Assembly (NCBI GenBank): GCA_036802765.1
Contig: DAIRVP010000001.1
Location: forward strand, 2,153 to 66,152
Direction: 5' to 3'
Length of the DNA stretch: 64,000 nt
DNA from: Candidatus Rokuibacteriota bacterium
GTDB taxonomy: Bacteria > Methylomirabilota > Methylomirabilia > Rokubacteriales > CSP1-6
The stretch's first letter is position 1, and every line of letters starts with the position of its first letter. Below the pieces are notes generated by a model. That model was not told the DNA's origin, did no database searches, and saw nothing but the letters and a program-made list of their open reading frames with translations. This document shows positions 56,439 to 64,000 of this stretch, piece after piece. The position numbers and the translations under genes were made by a program.

Positions 56439-57680
56439 ATGAACCGTCGTGCGTTTCTGGCCGGCGCCGCGGCGGCCACGGCGGCGTGGCCGCCTCGCGG
56501 CGCCGCGCAGCCCAAACCGAGCATCACCTACTGGAACGGCCTCACCGGCGCCGACGGCAAGGTGATGGACGAGCTCATCGAGCGGTTCACGCGCGAGACG
56601 GGTATCCGCATCGAGCAGCAGCGGCTGCCGTGGGCTGAGCTGTACCCGAAGCTGCAGGTCTCTGTGCCCGCCGGCGAGGGGCCCGACCTCGCGCTGATCC
56701 ACACGGTGGAGGTGCCGCACTTCGCCAACGATGGCGTGCTCGAGACGATCGACGACGCAACCGCCGCGGCGAAAGGCTTTCGCGGCGACGACTATCTGCC
56801 GGCGACGTGGCAGGGCGGAACGTTCCAGGGCAAGCGTTACTCGCTGCCGCTCGACGTCCCGCAGCACGTGCTCTATCTGAACGTCAAGGTCATGAAGGAT
56901 GCCGGCCTCACCGGCGCCGACGGCAAGCCGAAAGTGCCGGCCAGTCGCGACGAGCTCGTGAGCATGGCCAAGAAGATGACCAAAGCGGACTCATTCGGCT
57001 TCGCGATCGGCACGAGCAACCCCGGCCGCTACACGTGGGGCTTCCACAATCTGCTCTGGCAGAACGGCGCCAACATCTACACGGCCGATCTCAAGCGCGC
57101 CGGCGTGGGCGACCCGGCGGCGCTGGAGGCCGCGGAGTTCTGGGCGGGGCTCGCGGGCGGTCTGGGCATCGCGCCACCGGCCAACGCCAACTGCCGCGAT
57201 GCGTTCATCGCCAACCGGCTCGGCATGTGGATCGCCGGCTCGTGGAACTTCACCGGCCTGCGCGAGGCCAAGATCGATTTCACCGCCGCGCCGGTGCCGA
57301 AGCTCTTCAAGCAGCCCGTGGTCTGGTCCATGCCGCACCAGTACGCGTTTCCGAAGCCGAAGAGCGTCGACCGCGCCAAGCGCGACGCGGCGTGGACGCA
57401 CATCCGTTGGATGACGGACCACGTGGCGGAGTGGACGCTCAAGGCGGGTCAGGTCTCGGCCAGCCGTAAGGCTCACACCGATCCGCGAATCACCGGCGAT
57501 CCAGTCCTCAAGACGCTGCTCGGTCAGGCGCCGAACTGGCAGGTCGGCCAGCCCACACCGAAGTGGGTCGCGGCGGAGAACCTCACCCGCCCGGTGATCG
57601 AGAGTGTCTACACGGGTCAGAAGCCGGCGAAGGCGGCAATGGAGGACCTGGCCCGCCAGATCAACGCGCTGCCGGACTGA
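56439..57680 (+). CDS. Extracellular solute-binding protein family 1 (sugar ABC SBP), Tat signal
   Basis: MNRRAFLAGAAAATAAW... RBS GAGGAGGA. Confidence 0.8.
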   Translation: MNRRAFLAGAAAATAAWPPRGAAQPKPSITYWNGLTGADGKVMDELIERFTRETGIRIEQQRLPWAELYPKLQVSVPAGEGPDLALIHTVEVPHFANDGVLETIDDATAAAKGFRGDDYLPATWQGGTFQGKRYSLPLDVPQHVLYLNVKVMKDAGLTGADGKPKVPASRDELVSMAKKMTKADSFGFAIGTSNPGRYTWGFHNLLWQNGANIYTADLKRAGVGDPAALEAAEFWAGLAGGLGIAPPANANCRDAFIANRLGMWIAGSWNFTGLREAKIDFTAAPVPKLFKQPVVWSMPHQYAFPKPKSVDRAKRDAAWTHIRWMTDHVAEWTLKAGQVSASRKAHTDPRITGDPVLKTLLGQAPNWQVGQPTPKWVAAENLTRPVIESVYTGQKPAKAAMEDLARQINALPD

Positions 57681-57682
57681 GC

Positions 57683-58561
57683 GTGAGGCGCCGCCGTCGC
57701 CGGCAGACGGGGACGGCCTACTTGTTTCTGCTCCCTGGCCTGCTGCTGTTCGTGGTGTTTCGTCTCTACCCGTTGCTGGAAGGCCTGCGCATGTCGTTCA
57801 CCAACGCGCGACTCGGGCGCGCGACGTATCAGTACGTCGGGCTCGCCAACTACACGCGGCTCGCCGAGGACACGCGCTTCGGCGTGAGCCTCTGGAATAC
57901 GGCGTTCTACACGGTGGCGAGCACGCTCCCTATTCTGGCGGTGCCGCTCGGGCTCGCGCTGGCGCTCAACCGCGGCGCGCTTCGCAACGTGCTGCGCGGC
58001 GTCTTCTTCTTTCCGTTCACGCTGTCGGTGGTGACGGTCGGGCTCGCGTGGCTCTGGCTGCTCGATCCCGTCGTCGGACCGTTCAACTATTATCTGCGCG
58101 CGCTCGGCGTGCCGGCGCGCTCGTGGCTGGCCGATCCCGCGACCGCGATGTGGGCCATCATCGGCACGACCGTGTGGTGGGTGACCGGCTACTACCTCGT
58201 CGTCTATCTCGCCGGGCTCCAGGACATCCCGCGCGAGCTCTATGAGGCCGCCGCGCTCGACGGCGCCGGCGGCTGGCGCACGTTCTGGACGATCACGCTG
58301 CCGCTGCTGCGTCCCGTGCTGCTCTTCGTCGTGGTCACCCACGTCATCGGCTCGTTCCAGATCTTCGGTCAGGTCTTCGTGCTCACCATGGGCGGCCCGG
58401 GCGATGCCACGCGCACGGTCGTGCAGCACCTCTACGAGACGGCGTTTCAAAACTTCTTTCAGTTCGGCGCCGCCTCGGCGATGGCGTGGGTCCTGTTCGC
58501 GATCATCATGGTGTTCTCGATCTTACAGTTCCGGCTGCTGCGCGGGCACACGGAGTACTGA
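57683..58561 (+). CDS. Sugar ABC transporter permease (MalF-like)
   Basis: GTG start. EAA loop. Confidence 0.75.
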   Translation: MRRRRRRQTGTAYLFLLPGLLLFVVFRLYPLLEGLRMSFTNARLGRATYQYVGLANYTRLAEDTRFGVSLWNTAFYTVASTLPILAVPLGLALALNRGALRNVLRGVFFFPFTLSVVTVGLAWLWLLDPVVGPFNYYLRALGVPARSWLADPATAMWAIIGTTVWWVTGYYLVVYLAGLQDIPRELYEAAALDGAGGWRTFWTITLPLLRPVLLFVVVTHVIGSFQIFGQVFVLTMGGPGDATRTVVQHLYETAFQNFFQFGAASAMAWVLFAIIMVFSILQFRLLRGHTEY

Positions 58562-58563
58562 CG

Positions 58564-59409
58564 GTGCGCCGGTCGCGGGTGCAGACGCTCGTGCTCACGC
58601 TCGCGCTCGGCGCGCTCGCCATCCTGTGGCTGGCGCCGATCGTCTGGGTGATGGTCACCTCGCTCAAGGTCACCGCCGACATCGTGCGGCTGCCGCCGGA
58701 ATGGATCCCGTGGCCGATGACCGCCGAGCACTACCGGGAGGTGCTCTTCAGCAGCTCGCGGACGGCGCGCATCGGGCGGGCGTTCGCCAACAGCCTCGTG
58801 ATCGCGCTCGGCGCCGTCGTCATCGTCGTCCTCACCGCGGCCATGGCGGCCTACCCGCTGGCCCGGATGCGCTTTGCCGGCCGCGACGTCGTGTTCACCC
58901 TCGTCGTGGGCAGCTTGATGATTCCGAACGCGGTGGTTCTGGTTCCTCAGTACGTGCTCGTCCAGCGGCTCGGCTGGCTGAGCACCTATCAGGGGCTGAT
59001 CGTGCCGGAGGCGGCGATGACGTTCGCGTTCGGCGTGTTCCTGCTGCGGCAGTTCTTCCTCACGATGCCCGGCGACCTGGAGGAGGCGGCGCGCATCGAC
59101 GGGGCGAATGCGTGGCAGATCTTCACGCGCATCGTGCTGCCGCTGTCCCAGCCCGTGCTCGCGGCGCTCGCGATCTTCGCGTTCCGCTCGGCGTGGAACG
59201 ATTTTCTCTGGCCGCTGATCGCGGTCAACAAGCCGGAGATGTTTCCACTGCCCGTCGCGCTGGCGCTGCTGCGCAGCGCGTACAGCTCGGAGTCCTACGG
59301 ACCGATCATGGCCGGCGCCGCGCTCAGCGCGCTGCCGCTGCTGGTCGTCTTCATCGTCGCCAACCAGCGCATCGTCGAGGGCGTTCGGGTCAGCGGGCTG
59401 AAGGGCTGA
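58564..59409 (+). CDS. Sugar ABC transporter permease (MalG-like)
   Basis: GTG start. EAA loop ...EAARIDGANAWQIF... Confidence 0.75.
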   Translation: MRRSRVQTLVLTLALGALAILWLAPIVWVMVTSLKVTADIVRLPPEWIPWPMTAEHYREVLFSSSRTARIGRAFANSLVIALGAVVIVVLTAAMAAYPLARMRFAGRDVVFTLVVGSLMIPNAVVLVPQYVLVQRLGWLSTYQGLIVPEAAMTFAFGVFLLRQFFLTMPGDLEEAARIDGANAWQIFTRIVLPLSQPVLAALAIFAFRSAWNDFLWPLIAVNKPEMFPLPVALALLRSAYSSESYGPIMAGAALSALPLLVVFIVANQRIVEGVRVSGLKG

Positions 59410-59450
59410 CGACGGCCGCGCATTCCGCGGCCTAGTCCCTTTAGGGGCCG

Positions 59451-60461
59451 TTACCTCGTCGCGACGATCTTGTCCCAGAGCTCGGCGTACTGCTGCCGGT
59501 AAGGCGGCCAGATCTTCTCCTCGGCGATCTTGCGGAACGACGCGACGTCCGCGGCGTTGACCTTCATCCCGCGCGCCTCGAGGATCTCTTTGGCCTTGGC
59601 GAAGTTGTCGACGCTCTCCGTGACCTCGCGCACCTTCTTCTGAGCCTCGCGCCCGACCTCCATCACCAGCTTCTGCTGCTCCGGCGTCAGCCCTTTCCAG
59701 GCATCGAGGTTCATCACGAGCAGCGTCGGGCCGTAGTTGTGGAACGTCATCGAGACGTACTTGCTGACCTCGTAGACCTTGAGCGCGTTGATGTTGTAGA
59801 TCGGCAGGTCGGCGCCGTCGATCACGCCCTGCTGCGCGGCGGCGATGACCTCGCCCCACGGCATCGGCACCGCGCTGGCGCCGAGGCCATTGACGGTGTC
59901 GGCGAAGACCCGGCCCTGCTGCACGCGCAGCTTGAGGCCCTTGAGATCGGCCGGGGTGTTGATCGGCTTGCGGCTGTTCCAGAAGTGGCGGAAGCCGTAG
60001 TCGTAGAAGTAAATGATCTTGACCTTGTACTTCTTCTGGAACGTCTCGTCGAGCTGGCGCCCGATCTCGCCGTTGAACATCGCGTAGGCGTGGTTGTAGT
60101 CCCGCACGAGATACGGCGTGAGGAAGACGCACATCTCCGGAAACACCGTGCACGCCGCGCCCACCGGCGTGCCGAACGCGATGTTGCCCGACTTGACCGC
60201 GTCCATGATCTCCAGCTCTTTGCCGAGCAGCGTGCCGCCGTGGAAGACGACGTTGAGCTGGCCGTTCGAGCGCTTCGTGACTTCGTCGGCGAAATACTTG
60301 TAGCCGATCGCGCCCGACTCCGGCGGCGGCATGATGTGCGCGAGGTCGAGCTTCTTCCCGGCCGCCTGCGCCGGCCGCGCGGCCGGCATCAAGCTCCCCA
60401 GCCCGATCATCACCGCCATCACCACCGCGACACACGCGACGCTGCGCTGCGCTCGGCTCAT
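59451..60461 (-). CDS. dctP: TRAP transporter substrate-binding protein DctP
   Basis: DctP family. Signal peptide. Confidence 0.85.
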   Translation of the reverse strand: MSRAQRSVACVAVVMAVMIGLGSLMPAARPAQAAGKKLDLAHIMPPPESGAIGYKYFADEVTKRSNGQLNVVFHGGTLLGKELEIMDAVKSGNIAFGTPVGAACTVFPEMCVFLTPYLVRDYNHAYAMFNGEIGRQLDETFQKKYKVKIIYFYDYGFRHFWNSRKPINTPADLKGLKLRVQQGRVFADTVNGLGASAVPMPWGEVIAAAQQGVIDGADLPIYNINALKVYEVSKYVSMTFHNYGPTLLVMNLDAWKGLTPEQQKLVMEVGREAQKKVREVTESVDNFAKAKEILEARGMKVNAADVASFRKIAEEKIWPPYRQQYAELWDKIVATR

Positions 60462-60555
60462 GGAAGCCTCCTGTCGGCGTGCGACCTTCGCGCGTCGTCG
60501 GGGTGGTTGTCAAGCTTGACGCGCGCGGCCGGCTACCCGTACGATCCGCGCCGTC

Positions 60556-61053
60556 GTGATCCCGCTCCTGCGCGTCATCCGGTGGCTGCCGCACGTCGTG
60601 ATGACGGCGCTGATGATCGTCGCCATGGTCGACATGCTCGTCGGCGTCTTCCTGCGCTACGTCATGACATGGGTCTCGGCGACGTTCGACCTGCCGTCCG
60701 TCCGGTTCTTCTGGGTCGAGGAGATCGGCGAATACTCGCTCGCGTGGCTGACGTTCATCGGCGCGGCCATCGGCATCCGCCGCGGCACACACTTCGCGGT
60801 GCACATTCTCACTGATCGGTTTCCGCCGGCCGTTCGGCGCGGCGTGAAGGTCGGTCACTACGTGCTGCTGATCGGCTTCGGCCTGCTGCTCACCGTGTAC
60901 GGCTGGCAGGTCAGCGAGCTGAACTCGCAGTCCTACTCGCCGGCTCTCGATCTGAATCTGCGCTGGCTCTATCTCTCGTCGGTGGTCGGCGGCGTTCTGA
61001 CGATGATCTACAGCGCCGCCGGCGCGCTCGACGCCTGGCGCGCGCCCGCCTGA
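60556..61053 (+). CDS. dctQ: TRAP transporter small permease DctQ
   Basis: 4-TM. Divergent from dctP. Confidence 0.8.
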   Translation: MIPLLRVIRWLPHVVMTALMIVAMVDMLVGVFLRYVMTWVSATFDLPSVRFFWVEEIGEYSLAWLTFIGAAIGIRRGTHFAVHILTDRFPPAVRRGVKVGHYVLLIGFGLLLTVYGWQVSELNSQSYSPALDLNLRWLYLSSVVGGVLTMIYSAAGALDAWRAPA

Positions 61054-62336
61054 TGCTGTTCAGCGCCGTCGCGGTGACGTTCCTGGCGCTGACGATCGTC
61101 TCGCTGCCCATCGTGTTCTCGCTCGGCATCGCCGGCTTCGTCGGGCTCGTCGTCGGCAACTTCTCGCTCGGCAAGCTGCCCTCGAGCCTGGTGGCCGGCT
61201 CGCAGAGCTGGGTGCTGCTCGCGATTCCGACGTTCATTTTCGCGGGCAACCTGATGGAGCGGTGCGGGATGTCCTACGCGCTCGTCGATCTCGCGCGCGC
61301 GCTCATCGGCTGGGTGCGCGGCGGGCTCGGCATGTCCGTGGTGCTCGCGGAGTATTTCTTCTCCGGTATCTCGGGCTCGACGATCGCCGACGTCTCGGCG
61401 ATCGGGGCGATGCTCACACCACCGATGCTGCGCGCGGGCTACAAACCGGAGCACGCCGCGTCGCTCGTGGCCTCCGCCACCGCTATGGGAATCCTCGTGC
61501 CGCCGGCGATCTTCATGATCGTGCTTGGTCAGGTGACCGACACGTCCGTCGTCGGCATCTTCCTCGGCGGCTTCCTGCCCGCCGCCGTCACCGCGGTCTG
61601 TCTCATGGTGGTCATCTTCGGGCAGGCGCATCGGCTGAACTGGCCGAAGGACCGTCGCCCGACGCGTGCGGAGTTCGGTGTGGCCGCACGCGCCTCGCTG
61701 GTGCCGATGGTGGTGCCGATCGTCATCGTCCTGGGGTTTTACTTCGGCGTGTTCACCGCCACGGAGGCGGGCGCGCTCGTCGCCGCCTACGCCGTCGGCG
61801 CCGCGCTGCTCTACTACCGCAACGTCTCGCCGCGCGAAATGCTGGTGTTGATCCACGAGAGCGCGCTGCTCACCGCGGCGGTGGTGTTTCTGCTCGCGGT
61901 GGCGAGCGTCTACCAGTTCTTGATGGGGATGCTCGGCGTCCCGGCGATGCTGGGCGCACTGCTGCAGCCGCTGCACGCGACACCGTGGCTCTTCCTGCTT
62001 GCGGTGTCGGTCATCGTCATTCTGTTCGGTATGGTGCTCGAAGGCCTGCCGGCGGCGGTCGTGCTGGTGCCCGTCGTCTTTCCGATCGCCAAGCAGATCG
62101 GTATCCACCCAATCCACTTCAACATCGTGCTCACGGCGGCTGTCGGCATCGGGCTTTTCCTGCCGCCGATCGGGGTGGGGCTGCTCATGGCGCTGCGCTT
62201 CGCGAACATCTCGGTCGGCCAGCACTTCCGCTCGTACTGGCCGTATCTCGCCTCGCTCGTGGTCGGGCTGATGATCCTGATCCTGTTTCCGGAGATCACG
62301 CTGTTTCTACCCCGGCGCGCGGGGCTGGTGCGCTGA
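61053..62336 (+). CDS. dctM: TRAP transporter large permease DctM
   Basis: TGATG overlap with dctQ. Confidence 0.85.
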   Translation: MLFSAVAVTFLALTIVSLPIVFSLGIAGFVGLVVGNFSLGKLPSSLVAGSQSWVLLAIPTFIFAGNLMERCGMSYALVDLARALIGWVRGGLGMSVVLAEYFFSGISGSTIADVSAIGAMLTPPMLRAGYKPEHAASLVASATAMGILVPPAIFMIVLGQVTDTSVVGIFLGGFLPAAVTAVCLMVVIFGQAHRLNWPKDRRPTRAEFGVAARASLVPMVVPIVIVLGFYFGVFTATEAGALVAAYAVGAALLYYRNVSPREMLVLIHESALLTAAVVFLLAVASVYQFLMGMLGVPAMLGALLQPLHATPWLFLLAVSVIVILFGMVLEGLPAAVVLVPVVFPIAKQIGIHPIHFNIVLTAAVGIGLFLPPIGVGLLMALRFANISVGQHFRSYWPYLASLVVGLMILILFPEITLFLPRRAGLVR

Positions 62337-62339
62337 GCG

Positions 62340-63140
62340 CTAGCGCGAATCCCGCTCCGGCGCGGTGATCGTCGTGCCGCCGTCGACGACCAGCGTGTGG
62401 CCCGTAATGTAGCGCGCGTAGTCGGATAACAGAAACCGCACGGCGTGGCCGATGTCCCAGCCGGTGCCCTCCTGCTTCAGCACCGACGCGTTCTTGCGCA
62501 GCTCGCGCGCGGCGGGCGTCATGCCGCCGGCGTACACCATCGGCGTGTACACTGGGCCGGGCGCGACGCAGTTGACGCGAATGCCGTCGCGGCCGTGATC
62601 GACCGCCATCGCGCGCGTGAGCGCGATGACCGCCCCCTTCGACGCCGTGTAGGCGGTGAGCCCGCGCGGCCGCAGTGCCGAGATCGACGACACGTTCACG
62701 ATGGCGCCACCACCCGCGCGCTTCATGGCGGGGATCGCGTGCTTGGCCACCAGGAACATCGTCTCGACGTTCACCTGCATCACGCGGCGCCACTCGTCCT
62801 CGGCGAGATCGACGACTGACCCTCGGCTGCCGATGCCGACATTGTTGTCGAGCAGATCGAGGCGGCCATACCGCTCGACGGCCGTTTTCACCAGCGCCGC
62901 GCAGTCCGGAGAGCGCGTGACGTCGACCTCGATCGCGGTCGCCTGGCCGCCGGCGGACTCGATCATCTCGACAGTGCGACGCGCGAGCTTCAGATCTCGG
63001 TCGGCGACCACGACGCGCGCGCCGGCCTTTGCCAGCAAGATCGCCGCCGCACGACCGTTGCCGATGCCGTCGCCCGCGGCGCCGCCGCCCGTCACGAGCG
63101 CCACCTTGCCCTCGAGTCCCCAGCCATCCGGAATGTCCAT
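62340..63140 (-). CDS. SDR-family oxidoreductase
   Basis: TGGGAAGDGIG and YTASK motifs. Confidence 0.85.
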   Translation of the reverse strand: MDIPDGWGLEGKVALVTGGGAAGDGIGNGRAAAILLAKAGARVVVADRDLKLARRTVEMIESAGGQATAIEVDVTRSPDCAALVKTAVERYGRLDLLDNNVGIGSRGSVVDLAEDEWRRVMQVNVETMFLVAKHAIPAMKRAGGGAIVNVSSISALRPRGLTAYTASKGAVIALTRAMAVDHGRDGIRVNCVAPGPVYTPMVYAGGMTPAARELRKNASVLKQEGTGWDIGHAVRFLLSDYARYITGHTLVVDGGTTITAPERDSR

Positions 63141-63205
63141 CGCGCCCTCCTTGTCGTGAGCGGCGAGTCTTGTCGTCGGCGGCGAGTACGGTACACTCCC
63201 CCACC

Positions 63206-63970
63206 ATGAGATTCCAGGGAGGGATCGCGCTCATCACCGCCGGCGGCCGCGGCATCGGTCGCGCGACCGCAGAGATCATCGGTCGCGAGGGCGGCACGGT
63301 CGTGCTCGTCGACAACGACAAAGCGGCGCTCGATGAGGCGGCGGGCGCAGTGCGTGCGAGCAGCGGCACGGCCGACACGATCCTCGCCGACGCGCTCGAC
63401 GCCGCGCAGGTCGAAAGCGTCGTGCAGCGTGTCGTGCAGTCGCACCGACGTATCGACATTCTCGTCAATGCCGTCGGCGGCAGCACGATCATCGGCAAGC
63501 CCGCGGCGCCCATCGACGAGCTGGCATTCGAGGACTGGCAGCGGCTGCTGCACTTCAATCTGACGGGGACGTTCCTCTTCTGCCACGCGGTTGTCCCGAT
63601 CATGAAGCGCCAGGCCGCGGGCAAGATCGTCAACATCTCGTCGATCGCCGGTCGTGGCATCAGCGCCAGCAGCAGCGCCGCGTATGCCACCGCCAAGGGC
63701 GGCATCATCGCGCTCACGCGCAAGCTGTCGCTCGAGCTCGGACCGTTCGGCATCAACGTCAACGCCATCGCGCCGAGCCTGACGCTGTCGCCGCGACTGC
63801 GCCCTCGCTGGGACGGCATGTCGCCGATCGAGCAGAAGGCGGAGGTCGAGCGCGTGCCGCTGCGCCGCGTCGCCGAGCCAGAGGATCAGGCGCGCGTGAT
63901 CTGCTTCCTCGCCTCGCGCGACGCCGATTTCGTCACGGGCCTGACGATCGACGTGACCGGCGGCCAGTAG
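63206..63970 (+). CDS. SDR-family oxidoreductase
   Basis: ITAGGRGIG and YATAK motifs. Confidence 0.85.
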   Translation: MRFQGGIALITAGGRGIGRATAEIIGREGGTVVLVDNDKAALDEAAGAVRASSGTADTILADALDAAQVESVVQRVVQSHRRIDILVNAVGGSTIIGKPAAPIDELAFEDWQRLLHFNLTGTFLFCHAVVPIMKRQAAGKIVNISSIAGRGISASSSAAYATAKGGIIALTRKLSLELGPFGINVNAIAPSLTLSPRLRPRWDGMSPIEQKAEVERVPLRRVAEPEDQARVICFLASRDADFVTGLTIDVTGGQ

Positions 63971-64000
63971 CGTCTCCTGAAAGGAGCCTCATGTTCACCG

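Noticed and set aside
1-64000. Alternative genetic code with UGA as a sense codon
   Set aside because: Many well-supported genes terminate at TGA, including overlapping TGATG stop/start junctions at 7534, 8391, 9363 and 61053. The three in-frame UGAs are therefore treated as Sec candidates or lesions, not a recoded genome.
1-64000. CRISPR arrays, tRNA/rRNA genes, transposases, integrases, phage genes
   Set aside because: No spaced direct-repeat arrays, no tRNA-like cloverleaf candidates noticed, and no ORF with transposase, integrase or phage signatures. The window looks like core or accessory chromosomal metabolism rather than a mobile element.

Overview
This 64-kb window is high-GC (about 70%), gene-dense chromosomal DNA. 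About 73 protein-coding genes are packed with many 1- to 4-nt start/stop overlaps (TGATG, ATGA, GTGA). No rRNA, tRNA, CRISPR array, transposase or integrase was recognised.

The content is mostly metabolic and transport genes:
- a zeta-toxin/ParD-like toxin-antitoxin pair
- a tightly coupled dapL-MBL-EthD and Prx5-Bcp-DUF169-rhodanese gene run
- a Rieske oxygenase
- TctCBA, TRAP (DctPQM) and two sugar ABC transporters
- a hydantoinase/oxoprolinase HyuA/HyuB cluster with a family-5 substrate-binding protein (SBP5) and a flavin reductase
- a LigAB extradiol dioxygenase next to a MetE-like methyltransferase
- a GH51 arabinofuranosidase
- many oxidoreductases

The most notable signals are three in-frame UGA codons within 7 kb that look like selenocysteine codons rather than stops:
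- inside a U-G-S-C motif at 24918;
- exactly at the catalytic zinc-ligand Cys of a Zn alcohol dehydrogenase at 20340;
- inside a MerB-like gene at 18482.
Two of these are followed 12 nt downstream by strong GC hairpins with GU-containing loops, which resemble bacterial SECIS elements.

A second pattern is a set of sigma54-type (-24/-12) promoters placed 20-60 nt upstream of several small signal-peptide protein genes, including a tandem paralog pair.
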